Positions 1 to 8,754 of a stretch of 64,000 nt of DNA are shown here, in pieces. Position 1 is the stretch's first letter, and every line of letters starts with the position of its first letter. Source of the DNA: Myxococcales bacterium (lineage in GTDB: Bacteria; Myxococcota; Myxococcia; Myxococcales; Anaeromyxobacteraceae); assembly GCA_021806645.1 (NCBI GenBank), contig JAJZQX010000012.1, positions 73,764 through 137,763 of the forward strand. The letters run 5' to 3'. The notes beneath the pieces are model-generated. The model saw nothing but the letters and a program-made list of their open reading frames with translations, was not told where the DNA came from and made no database searches. Position numbers and translations under genes: made by a program.

Positions 1-757
1 CTCGCAAGGCGACGTTGTGCCACGCCACCGCTCGGCGGGCACCGGCCCTCGTGACGATCAAGTTGTCGTAGTAGTCCGGTAGCTCGCTCTGGCCCGCCAA
101 CACGCGTTCGAAGACTGCCCGGACGGCGACGCGATCCTCAGGGGGAATGGCGAGCTCGAACCAATTCCGCCCAAGCGCCTCCTGGGGTGGAACGCCCAGG
201 AGGTCGCAACCGCGCTTGTTCAGCACCACAACGCGGGCCTCCTCGTCGAGTTCGACGATGATCGCCTCGGCGATCTCCAGGTAGGCCTCGGCCCGCTGCC
301 GCTCGGCCACCGCCAGCGCCTCCGCTGCCCGGCGGTCACCAACCTCCTGGGACAGCTGCCGGGTGCGCTCCTCCACCCGCTGCTCGAGTTCACCCTGGTG
401 GACCTCTTCGAGGGCGCGCCGCCGGCGCTCCTCGAGCATGACTGCCACCATGAAGGCCAGGTTGGTGACGTGCGGCGAGTAGGGGAGGAACTGGGCCGGG
501 TCGCTCACCTGGAGGACCATCTCGCCGTAGTGGTGGGCGTCGAGCCGGACCGGGAAACGCTCCAACCCTGGCTCCGACCCGGCCAGGTCGCCGTGCGCCT
601 CGCTGTGCCAGGCGTGCGCGACGCCCGGCAGTTGCGCCAGCCCCCGGCAGACGAACTCCATCACGCCTGTCGCGGTCGGGAGGTGGCCGGCCGTGCTCTG
701 GATGAGCAGAAGCCGGGCCAGGATGTCGGCGCGCAGCTCTCCCGGGGCTGGGCTCAT
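1..757 (-). CDS. Sensor protein with a GAF-like N-terminus, a coiled coil and a PAS domain. Partial: the 3' end lies beyond the left edge of the window.
   Basis: My own minus-strand translation gives MSPAPGELRADILARLLLIQ...EERTRQLSQE...IIVELDEEARVVVLNKRGCDLLGVPPQEALGRNWFEL, which is PAS-like. The ATG overlaps the stop of the upstream MEDS gene (ATGA). The ORF is open to the window edge. Confidence 0.6.
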   Translation of the reverse strand, partial: MSPAPGELRADILARLLLIQSTAGHLPTATGVMEFVCRGLAQLPGVAHAWHSEAHGDLAGSEPGLERFPVRLDAHHYGEMVLQVSDPAQFLPYSPHVTNLAFMVAVMLEERRRRALEEVHQGELEQRVEERTRQLSQEVGDRRAAEALAVAERQRAEAYLEIAEAIIVELDEEARVVVLNKRGCDLLGVPPQEALGRNWFELAIPPEDRVAVRAVFERVLAGQSELPDYYDNLIVTRAGARRAVAWHNVALR

Positions 758-1368
758 CCGCGGGCGATCGTCTCGGGGGCCACGTAGAAGGGGTTGAGAA
801 CCACCGCGCCCCGGATCACCATCATCGGGTGGACCGTCAGCACGTCCATGATGGTCGCTCCGTCGAAGCAGCGGGCGTCGTACTGGCAAACGGCGGTGAC
901 AGGGTGGGCCTGCAGCAGGTGGTTGACCCGCGACTCGTACTCGAGCAGCCGGGTCCCACCCGGGATAGAGTTGATCTCGGGGCTCATCTCCCCGATGACG
1001 CGTGCGCCAGGTCGGCCCGCCGCGACCGAGGCCAGGTGAAACTGGGTTAGGAGCGCGAGCATCCGGTCCGGATCGAACCGCCCGTCCTGGAAGTAGACCT
1101 GTTTGGTCGGCGAATTGGCGAACCGCCCGGAGGCACGCTCGGCCGCCAACGATAGCCCCTCCTTGGCGAACCAGGCCTCCAACTCCTGCTCGGTGACGTT
1201 CTCCGAGAAGCACGCGGTCGACTCGCCGGCCTGGAGGCCACGCGTGAGGAAGCGGAGCAGCGCGTCGGTGCGCTCGTCCGAGTCGCTGAAGATCTGGCAC
1301 ACGTGGGTCCCGGCAGGGACCTGGGCCTTGGCGAAGCCGAGGTCCACCGAGATCTGCTCACCGTTCAT
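754..1368 (-). CDS. MEDS-domain protein (DcmR-like sensory domain)
   Basis: Internal ATG of ORF 754..1491 (MNGEQISVDLGF...). The pattern HVCQIFSDSDERTDALLRFLTRGL...RVIGEM...AVCQYD is typical of MEDS domains. Confidence 0.7.
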   Translation of the reverse strand: MNGEQISVDLGFAKAQVPAGTHVCQIFSDSDERTDALLRFLTRGLQAGESTACFSENVTEQELEAWFAKEGLSLAAERASGRFANSPTKQVYFQDGRFDPDRMLALLTQFHLASVAAGRPGARVIGEMSPEINSIPGGTRLLEYESRVNHLLQAHPVTAVCQYDARCFDGATIMDVLTVHPMMVIRGAVVLNPFYVAPETIARG

Positions 1369-2156
1369 GGCCTCCTCCCGCGGTTTGGGCCGAGCCAGAA
1401 GCGTGCACCTTCCCGCTGCCGGAGTCCACACGCGGCACGGCTGGCGGGCAGGCCGACCAGGATGAGCGAGAGGAGTGCCCTCGAGTCCCACTCGTAGTTG
1501 AGCAAAAAGTGGAGGTGGGCCAGCATCTCCGGATGGAGGAGGTGCGCCTCGTCGATGAGGAAGACCGGGTGGTCCCGCTCGGCACCCAGCTCCTGAACGT
1601 GGGTGGAGACCGCGTAGAAGACGCCGGCGGCGGAGGCCTTGGGGTCGAGGCCGAGGGTGGCGTTGTGGCAGTAGGTGAGCCGGTAGCCGGAGTCGGGGAG
1701 GCGCTTTCGCAGGGCGCGCAGGACGCAGGTCTTGCCGACGCCGGGGTCGCCGGTGAGGAGCACCGAGGCCCGCTCCCCCACCGCCTCGCAGAGCTCGTCC
1801 ACCACGCCGGCCTTGGAGGAAGGCAGCCAGAGGTCAGCGTCGGCGATCTCCTTCGTGAAGGGGGTTTCCTTCAGGCCAAGGGCGCCGAGGAGGGCCCCGG
1901 CCGGGTCGAAGTCGGGGTGCGGTGCCTCCCCCGGCTCCTCTGGCCGGCCAGGCAGCCCTGGTCTTGCTCCCAGTCCTGCCCGTCCACCGAGACGGTCGTG
2001 TCGGCTCGGACCCGGCGGCGCTCGCGCACGGTGAGCGCTTCCTTCAGCTTCTGCTCGTCGAGGCGAGGCTTCCAATTCCGACCGCGGTGGTCTTGCTGCG
2101 GCGCGAGTACGAAACGCTCTTTCCACCAAGCCTGTGGCGAATGGCCGGAAGGCCAA
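1365..2156 (-). CDS. ExeA/TniB-like AAA+ ATPase. It looks C-terminally truncated relative to the family and may be a transposon remnant. The true start is unclear.
   Basis: GLKETPF...VLLTGDPGVGKTC (Walker A)...VFLIDEAHLL (Walker B)...LILVGLP, followed by an Arg/Gly-rich tail. The N-terminal ~100 aa of the ORF look non-coding. The stop overlaps the MEDS ATG (ATGA). Confidence 0.5.
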   Translation of the reverse strand: MAFRPFATGLVERAFRTRAAARPPRSELEASPRRAEAEGSAHRARAPPGPSRHDRLGGRAGLGARPGLPGRPEEPGEAPHPDFDPAGALLGALGLKETPFTKEIADADLWLPSSKAGVVDELCEAVGERASVLLTGDPGVGKTCVLRALRKRLPDSGYRLTYCHNATLGLDPKASAAGVFYAVSTHVQELGAERDHPVFLIDEAHLLHPEMLAHLHFLLNYEWDSRALLSLILVGLPASRAACGLRQREGARFWLGPNRGRRP

Positions 2157-2537
2157 TTGTCGACATCCGAGGAATCGTGCGCCCGGGGATTCGGGCCGGA
2201 ACTGCCTTCAACGGCGACCCCGAGGGCTCGCGGACGCCAAGGGGGAGATCAGTTCGCGCTTCGTCATGGGGCGCTACAAGCCGACGCTCGATCAACTGGC
2301 ACTGACGCGGATGATTGACTCCTCCGACCTTCGCTCAGTCGGCTTGCCGGCATTCGGGACGCTGGAGCGGGCGCTCCGCTTCCTGGCAAGCGCGCCGGCG
2401 CCTGGCGCCGTGTATCCACCGCCCGCCCTCCAGGAGGAGGGATGAGCCCGAGCGTGTTGGCTGTTGGACGGGCGGAACGCAGTACAGCTGACCCGCGTCC
2501 TGCTTTTCCCGGGTTGCGCCGCCTGAAGGCGGCGCGA

Positions 2538-3398
2538 TCAAGCGAACACCACGGTCTTGTTGCCGTGCACGATGACCCGGTCCTCGCAGTGCCAGCGCAC
2601 CGCGCGCGCCAGCACCCGCCGCTCCAGGTCGCGCCCGAGCCGCTTCAGGTCGTCCACCTCGTCCCGGTGCGAGACGCGGGCCACGTCCTGGTCGATGATG
2701 GGGCCGGCGTCGAGCGCCTCGGTGACGTAGTGGGCGGTGGCGCCGACGATCTTCACGCCGCGCTCGTGGGCCTGGCGGTACGGATCGGCGCCGGCGAAGG
2801 CGGGCAGGAAGCTGTGGTGGATGTTGATGAGCCGCCCGCCGAACCTGGCCACGAAGGGGCCGGACAGGATCTGCATGTAGCGGGCCAGCACCACCACGTC
2901 GGCGGCGCCGTCGAGGAGCGCGGTCATGCTCCGCTCGGCCTGCTCGCGCTGGTCGCGGCCGTTGGGGACGTGCTCGAAGCGGACGCCGAAGCCCTCCACC
3001 GCCGCCCGCAGCTCCGGGTGGTTGGAGATCACCAGCGAGATCTCGGCCGGCAGCTCGCCGCGCCGCCAGGTCCAGAGCAGCTCCAGCAGCGCGTGGTCGT
3101 GGCGCGACACCAGCACCCCGACGCGCTTGCGCGGCGTCGGCGCGGCCAGCCGCCAGTTCATGGCGAAGCGACGGGCCACCTCGGCCTCGAAGGCGCCGCG
3201 CAGCTCGTCGAGCGGCAGGTCCACGCGGCCGGTCTGGAACTCCAGCCGCGTGAAGTAGACGCCGCCGTCGTCGTCGGTCGAGTGCTGGTCGAAGTCGATG
3301 ATGTTGGCGCCGTGCTCGAAGAGGAAGCCGGAGATGGCGGCGATGATCCCGGGCTGGTCGGGGCAGCGGACGAGGAGGATGGCGCGCGGTTCGGACAC
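2538..3398 (-). CDS. purU: Formyltetrahydrofolate deformylase
   Basis: The C-terminal 286 aa of ORF 2538..4580, from a GTG start (VSEPRAILLVRCPDQPGIIA...), show an ACT domain plus a formyltransferase core (INIHHSFLPAF, GATAHYV). The upstream part of the ORF is Arg/Gly-rich junk antisense to the cytochrome gene. Confidence 0.9.
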   Translation of the reverse strand: MSEPRAILLVRCPDQPGIIAAISGFLFEHGANIIDFDQHSTDDDGGVYFTRLEFQTGRVDLPLDELRGAFEAEVARRFAMNWRLAAPTPRKRVGVLVSRHDHALLELLWTWRRGELPAEISLVISNHPELRAAVEGFGVRFEHVPNGRDQREQAERSMTALLDGAADVVVLARYMQILSGPFVARFGGRLINIHHSFLPAFAGADPYRQAHERGVKIVGATAHYVTEALDAGPIIDQDVARVSHRDEVDDLKRLGRDLERRVLARAVRWHCEDRVIVHGNKTVVFA

Positions 3399-3566
3399 GG
3401 CCCGGAAAGGTAGCAGGATCCTGCGCCGGATCAATCCGCCGCCTGCGCGCCTCGACGCGCGGTGATCCGCCGCAGGCGCTAGACGGCGCGCCCTGCTAGG
3501 AATGCCGCACCGTCTTGGACGAACCGGAATCGGTGCCAGCGACCCGTTCGCGGGGTGGGGTTCACG

Positions 3567-4607
3567 ATGAGAAAAATGACGTGGGCGGTGGCATTCCTGC
3601 TGGCGGCGGCGGCCGCGCGCGCGGCGATACCGGCCGAGCAGGACGACTGCCTCGGCTGCCACACCGATCCCGGCCAGACCTTCACCCTGGCCAGCGGCGA
3701 GGGGCTGCCGCTCTGGATCGACCAGGCCGCCTTCGCCAGGTCGGTCCACGGCGAGAACCTGCGCTGCACCGACTGCCACTCCGACAAGAGCAGCGACCAC
3801 GCCACCGGCGAGGTCAAGTTCAAGACGCGCCGCGAGGTCACCCGCGCCTACTACGAGCAGTGCAAGGGTTGCCACTTCGCCAACTACACCAAGACGCTCG
3901 ACGGCGTGCACTACGCCGTCATGTCGAAGGGGAACGACAAGGCGGCGCTCTGCGTGGACTGCCACGGCGCCCACGACATCTCCCGCCCGGCCCAGCCGCG
4001 CACGCGCATCTCCGGCATGTGCAGCCGCTGCCACCACGCCGAGGCCGACGTCTACGCCAGGAGCGTCCACGGCCGCGCCTCGGCCGGCAACCCCGACGTG
4101 CCGGTCTGCACCGACTGCCACAAGGCCCACGACACCACCGACCCGCGCGACGGCGCGCTCGCCATGCGCACGCCGGAGATCTGCGGCCGCTGCCACTCCG
4201 ACGCGAAGCTGATGAAGAAGTACGGCCTCTCCACCGGCGTGGTGGCGACCTACCTCGCCGACTTCCACGGCATGTCGGCCACCTTCCAGAAGGGGCAGCG
4301 CAGGCAGGACGGCAAGCGGCTGGCGGCCGTCTGCACCGACTGCCACGGCGTCCACGACATCCAGAAGGCCGACGACCCCAGGTCGGCGGTGATGTCGGCC
4401 AACCTGCGGAAGACCTGCGCCCGCTGCCACGCCGGGGCCAGCGAGACCTTCCCGCGAGCCTGGCTCTCGCACTACACGCCCAGCCTGGAGAAGGCGCCGC
4501 TGGTCTGGTTCGTCCAGGTCTTCTACCGCCTGCTCATCCCCTTCATGGTGGGCGGCCTGGTCCTGCAGATCGCGCTCCACCTCTGGCGCGTCGTCGTCAA
4601 CCGCTAG
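3567..4607 (+). CDS. Nine-haem c-type cytochrome with an N-terminal signal peptide and a C-terminal transmembrane anchor (CbcL c-domain-like)
   Basis: MRKMTWAVAFLLAAAAARAA signal peptide. Nine CXXCH motifs: CLGCH, CTDCH, CKGCH, CVDCH, CSRCH, CTDCH, CGRCH, CTDCH, CARCH. Hydrophobic C-terminus LIPFMVGGLVLQIALHLW. Confidence 0.85.
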   Translation: MRKMTWAVAFLLAAAAARAAIPAEQDDCLGCHTDPGQTFTLASGEGLPLWIDQAAFARSVHGENLRCTDCHSDKSSDHATGEVKFKTRREVTRAYYEQCKGCHFANYTKTLDGVHYAVMSKGNDKAALCVDCHGAHDISRPAQPRTRISGMCSRCHHAEADVYARSVHGRASAGNPDVPVCTDCHKAHDTTDPRDGALAMRTPEICGRCHSDAKLMKKYGLSTGVVATYLADFHGMSATFQKGQRRQDGKRLAAVCTDCHGVHDIQKADDPRSAVMSANLRKTCARCHAGASETFPRAWLSHYTPSLEKAPLVWFVQVFYRLLIPFMVGGLVLQIALHLWRVVVNR

Positions 4608-4624
4608 CGCGCCGGGAGAACACC

Positions 4625-5359
4625 ATGAACCACGGCCCCCAGATCCTCCGCTTCACCTTCCGGCAGCGCGCCGAGCACTTCATCACCATGGCGGTGTTCG
4701 TGCTGCTCTGCATGACCGGCCTGCCGCAGAAGTTCTTCGAGGCCGGCTGGGCCCACGCCCTGGTGGAGGGCTTCGGCGGCATCGACCGCACCCGCTGGGT
4801 CCACCGCTTCTGCGGCGTGGTGCTGGCGCTCGCGACCGTCATCCACTTCGCCGGCGCCGCCGTCACCATCTGGTCCAGGAAGGCCGGCTTCACCATGGCC
4901 CCGGTCCGGAAGGACTTCGAGGACGCCGTCCTGCAGCTCAAGTTCTACCTGGGGATGACCAACCGGCAGCCGAGGTACGACCGGTACGACTACAAGCAGA
5001 AGTTCGAGTACTGGGGGCTGGTGTTCGGAAACGTCATCATGGTGGTGACCGGGTTCGTCCTCTTCTTCCCGGTGGCCTTCGCGCAGCTGGTGCCCGGCCA
5101 GATCATCCCGGCCGCCAAGGTGGCGCACTCCAACGAGGGACTGATGGCCTTCTTCGTCATCACCATCTGGCACATCTTCAACGCTCACCTCAATCCGGAC
5201 GTCTTCCCCTTCGATGCCTCGATGTTCACGGGTAAGATCAGCCGGGAGCGGATGCTTCACGAGCATCCACTGGAGCTGGCCCGCATCGAGGGCCGTCCGG
5301 TGGAGGAGCTCGCCGGGCATGCCGCGCCCGACCATGGCCCCGAGCACCCTCACGGTTGA
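4625..5359 (+). CDS. Membrane b-type cytochrome of the FdnI/HydC (Ni/Fe-hydrogenase b-subunit) type
   Basis: ATG at 4625 within ORF 3515..5359. It has 4-5 hydrophobic helices with conserved His (AEHFITM, WVHRF, VIHFAG, KVAHSNEG, IWHIFNAH). It starts 18 nt after the 9-haem gene. Confidence 0.8.
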   Translation: MNHGPQILRFTFRQRAEHFITMAVFVLLCMTGLPQKFFEAGWAHALVEGFGGIDRTRWVHRFCGVVLALATVIHFAGAAVTIWSRKAGFTMAPVRKDFEDAVLQLKFYLGMTNRQPRYDRYDYKQKFEYWGLVFGNVIMVVTGFVLFFPVAFAQLVPGQIIPAAKVAHSNEGLMAFFVITIWHIFNAHLNPDVFPFDASMFTGKISRERMLHEHPLELARIEGRPVEELAGHAAPDHGPEHPHG

Positions 5360-6314
5360 CCTCCTCGCGCAGGGCATCTTCCACTCGCTGGTGGCGGCGC
5401 TCTTCATCGAGGCGCTGGTGAGGAGCTGGGCGGTCGAGCACCCGGCCCAGCGGGTGGCCCTGCGGCTGGTGGCGCTGGCCTACCCGCTGCTCGTCTTCCC
5501 GGCGCTGGTGTTGCTCTTCCCGCAGCGCGGGGACGAGGCCTTCCGCGACGCGGCGCTCCTGTCGGGCCGGCGCTGGAGAGACGTGCCCTTCCTCGGTCTC
5601 GACCTCTACCTGGTCTTCGTCATCTGCCTGGCGGCGGCGGGGCTGCTGCTGCTGCTCATCGACGTGGTGGCGCTGCTCCGGACGCTGCGCCGGGGGCGGC
5701 CGCCGCCGGGCCGGCTCGACGCGCCCCGCACCGCCGCGCTCGACGCGGCGCTGGCGCCCCTCTCCCCCGGCGGCGACCGACCGCCGGTGGTCTGCCTCGA
5801 CCGCGACCTTCCCAGCCTCTTCTGCGCCGGGGTGCGCCGTCCGACCATCTACGTCACCCGCGGCGCCATCGACCTGCTCGACGCCGGCGAGCTGCGCGCC
5901 GCGCTGGCCCACGAGCTGGCCCACCTCGGCCGGCGCGACCCGGCGCGGAGCTGGGTGATGCTCGGGCTCCGCTGCGCCATGTGGTGGAACCCCACTTTCC
6001 AGGTGCTGGCGCGGGCGCTGGCGCGTGACGCCGAGCGGCTGGCCGACGAGCGGGGCGTCGGGCTCGGCGGCGACCGGCTGGCGCTGGCCAGCGCGCTGCT
6101 CAAGCTCCACCGGGCCACCGGTGGCCTGGACGCGCGGCGCACGCTCCTCTTCGGCGGCGCGCTGGCGGGGACGCTGCGGCGGGCCCGCTCCCAAGACCTC
6201 GAGGGGCGCGTCCGGGCGCTCATCGAGCCGGCGCCGGCGTTGCTGCCGCTGCCCTGGCTGCGGCTCGGCCTGGCGGCCACCTCGATGACCGGGCTGCTCT
6301 ACTTCGTCACATGA
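5334..6314 (+). CDS. M48/M56-family (BlaR1-like) membrane zinc metallopeptidase
   Basis: HELAH (HEXXH) motif in AALAHELAHLGRRD, preceded by several TM helices. The start could be 5319 or 5334. It overlaps the end of the cytochrome b gene. Confidence 0.65.
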   Translation: MAPSTLTVDLLAQGIFHSLVAALFIEALVRSWAVEHPAQRVALRLVALAYPLLVFPALVLLFPQRGDEAFRDAALLSGRRWRDVPFLGLDLYLVFVICLAAAGLLLLLIDVVALLRTLRRGRPPPGRLDAPRTAALDAALAPLSPGGDRPPVVCLDRDLPSLFCAGVRRPTIYVTRGAIDLLDAGELRAALAHELAHLGRRDPARSWVMLGLRCAMWWNPTFQVLARALARDAERLADERGVGLGGDRLALASALLKLHRATGGLDARRTLLFGGALAGTLRRARSQDLEGRVRALIEPAPALLPLPWLRLGLAATSMTGLLYFVT

Positions 6315-6886
6315 CCGCCTCCGCCCGGACCACGCGGCGCACCGGCCCGGAGCTGCTCCGGTTGCTGGCCGCCCTAGGCTGGGTGGTGGCGATCACGGCC
6401 CTGATCCTGGCCGGGCTGGGGGCGCTGCCCGGCTGGATCGCCGGCGAGCCTCGGGAGGTGCGGACCGTCGCCAGCGTCGAGATCGCCGAGCGGAACCTCG
6501 GCGCCAGGCTGGCGCTGCCCTCCTACTTCCCGGCCCACCTCGGCTGGCCCCCGGCGCGCATCCGCGTGGCGGGAGGCAAGGGTGGGGCGGTCGAGCTGAC
6601 CTTCCGGGACCGGGCCGGCGGCGGCGACCAGCTGCAGCTCCTCCAGGCCACCACCACTGGCGAGCCGATCCCAACGGTGTTCGAGCCGCCGGGGAGCGAG
6701 CTCACCTCGTCGCCGGCCACGGTGGGCGGACGGCCGGCCCGGCTCACCCGGCGGACCATCGGCGGCGAGGTCTGGCAGCAGCTCGCCTGGGAGCGCGACG
6801 GCTGCCGGATGGTGCTGCGCACGCGCGGGGACGTGGACGAGCTGTTCCGGATCGCCCACAGCGCCCACCGGCGGGGGACACCGTGA
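6311..6886 (+). CDS. Hypothetical membrane-anchored (single TM) protein
   Basis: ATGA overlap with the upstream peptidase gene. TM segment LLRLLAALGWVVAITALILAGLGAL. The amino acid composition looks coding. I recognise no domain. Confidence 0.5.
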   Translation: MTASARTTRRTGPELLRLLAALGWVVAITALILAGLGALPGWIAGEPREVRTVASVEIAERNLGARLALPSYFPAHLGWPPARIRVAGGKGGAVELTFRDRAGGGDQLQLLQATTTGEPIPTVFEPPGSELTSSPATVGGRPARLTRRTIGGEVWQQLAWERDGCRMVLRTRGDVDELFRIAHSAHRRGTP

Positions 6887-8754
6887 TCCGGCCGGCCATC
6901 GGCAGGGCCAAGTCGAGCGTGCGGGGCGGCACGGGGCTGCGGCGGCGCGTCTACCTGCTGATGGCCATCGGCATCTTCTTCCCGCTGCTGGTGCTCTCGA
7001 TCGTCTCCTGGTACTGGCTCCGCGACCTCGACGCGCGGCTGCAAGGGTCCCGGGTGCAAGCGGCCGGGACGGTGGCGGCCCACTTCGACGAGGAGCTGAC
7101 CGGCGACCTGGAGCTGCTGCAGCGGCTCGCCGCCCGGATCGGCTCGCGCCTCGAGGCGGCCGATCCGGCGCTGGCGCGGCAAGCGGTCCGCGAGGCCTTC
7201 GGCCACTTCCGCCACCGCGAGGCGGTCTTCCTCCTCGACGCCGGCGGGCGCGTGGTGGCCGAGGAGCCGTACGGCCGGGTCTCGGCCACGCCGCAGGGCG
7301 CCATCCCGCTGGTCGAGGAGGTGCTGGCCAGCGGCCTGCCGCGCCTCACCGGCCTGCAGGTGGGCGGCCGGGGCCCGCTGGTCCACGAGCTGGTGCCGGT
7401 GCGCGACCTGGCCGGCGAGGTGGTCGGTGTGGCCGGGGGGACGTTCGACCCGACCCGGCGCGACTTCCAGAAGATGCTGCGCCACCTGCGCCAGGGGCGG
7501 ACCGGCCGGGCCGAGCTGCTCGACGCGACCGGCCTGGTGGTCGCCTCGTCGGAGCCGCGGCGCGCCGGCGTGAAGAGCGAGTGCAGCGTCAACCTGGCGC
7601 GGCTGGTGGCGGCCAAGGCGAGCCTCTCGTCCCGCTGTGACGACTGCCACGCGGAGCACGGCGTGCGGGCGCGCCCCGGCGAGCTGCTGACCTTCTGGCC
7701 GCTGGCCAGCACCTCGTGGGGGCTGGTGGTGCGCCAGGACGCCAGGGAGGCCTCGCCGACCGGGGGGGCGCTGCCGTGGTTCGCCGTGGCCGTAATGGTG
7801 CTGGCGCAGGTGGCCCTCTCCGGCATCTTCGCCTGGGGGGCGGCGCGCAGCGTGACCCAGCCGGTGGCGGTGCTCACCGCCGAGGCCGAGCGGATCGCCT
7901 CCGGCCAGCTCGACTGGCCCATCCCCGAGCTGGGGCGGGACGAGGTCGGCCAGCTCGGACAGGCGCTCGACCGGATGCGCCAGTCGCTCCAGGCGCTGGT
8001 GGCCCGGGTGGAGCGGGCCAACCTGGAGCTGGAGGGGCGCGTCGAGGAGCGGACCCGCGACCTCAACCAGGCCAACGCGGCGCTCCGGGAGCGCGAGCAG
8101 GCGCGCGGCGAGCTGCTGCGCAAGGTGATCACGGCGCAGGAGGACGAGCGCAAGCGGGTGGCGCGCGAGCTCCACGACGAGACCACCCAGGCGCTGGCGG
8201 CGCTGCTGATGCGGGTGGACCAGGCGGCCGAGGCGGTCCGCGCCGGGAGGCCCCCGGCGCTCGACGAGCTGCGCACGCTGGCCAACCGGGCCCTGGCCGA
8301 CGTCCACCGGCTCATCCTCGACCTGCGCCCGTCGGTGCTCGACGACCTGGGGCTGGCCTCCGCGGTGCAGTGGTACGCCGACCGGGCGCTGGGGTCGCGG
8401 GGCGTGGCGGTGCGCTGCGAGTGCGTCGAGCTGCCCGAGCTGACGCCCGAGCTGGAGACCGCGCTCTTCCGCATCTGCCAGGAGGCGCTCAGCAACGTGG
8501 CCCGCCACGCCCAGGCCTCGCACGTGCTGATCGAGGTGCGCGTCGAGGGGCCGCTGCTCTGCATCGACGTCGAGGACGACGGCGTGGGCTTCGACCAGGC
8601 CGCGGTGGCGCGCCGCGAGGGGCGGCCGCACTGGGGGCTGCTCGGCATCCAGGAGCGGGCCGGCCTGCTGGGCGGGCACGCCCGCTTCGACTCCACCCCC
8701 GGCGCCGGCACGCGCGTCGAGGTCCGCATCCCGCTCTCCGAGGAGCACCCATGA
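6883..8754 (+). CDS. Sensor histidine kinase (NarX/DesK-type HisKA_3 plus HATPase_c, with HAMP) whose periplasmic domain carries a CXXCH motif
   Basis: Two TM segments flank a ~250-aa periplasmic domain containing RCDDCHAEH (nt 7636-7650). Then HAMP, the H-box ELHDETTQAL, and N/G boxes (EALSNVARHA, DDGVGF, GLLGIQERA). Confidence 0.85.
   Translation: MIRPAIGRAKSSVRGGTGLRRRVYLLMAIGIFFPLLVLSIVSWYWLRDLDARLQGSRVQAAGTVAAHFDEELTGDLELLQRLAARIGSRLEAADPALARQAVREAFGHFRHREAVFLLDAGGRVVAEEPYGRVSATPQGAIPLVEEVLASGLPRLTGLQVGGRGPLVHELVPVRDLAGEVVGVAGGTFDPTRRDFQKMLRHLRQGRTGRAELLDATGLVVASSEPRRAGVKSECSVNLARLVAAKASLSSRCDDCHAEHGVRARPGELLTFWPLASTSWGLVVRQDAREASPTGGALPWFAVAVMVLAQVALSGIFAWGAARSVTQPVAVLTAEAERIASGQLDWPIPELGRDEVGQLGQALDRMRQSLQALVARVERANLELEGRVEERTRDLNQANAALREREQARGELLRKVITAQEDERKRVARELHDETTQALAALLMRVDQAAEAVRAGRPPALDELRTLANRALADVHRLILDLRPSVLDDLGLASAVQWYADRALGSRGVAVRCECVELPELTPELETALFRICQEALSNVARHAQASHVLIEVRVEGPLLCIDVEDDGVGFDQAAVARREGRPHWGLLGIQERAGLLGGHARFDSTPGAGTRVEVRIPLSEEHP

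Noticed and set aside
3520-3538. TGGCAC on the minus strand (TGGCACCGATTCCGG) in the purU/cytochrome divergent region, considered as a sigma54 -24 element
   Set aside because: There is no TTGC-type -12 element at the required spacing (it reads CCGG instead), and purU is not expected to depend on sigma54.
3399-4580. N-terminal ~390 aa of ORF 2538..4580, an apparent 680-aa PurU
   Set aside because: PurU homology starts at the GTG at 3398. The upstream part is Arg/Gly-rich and lies antisense to the 9-haem cytochrome gene, which has a signal peptide and 9 CXXCH motifs.
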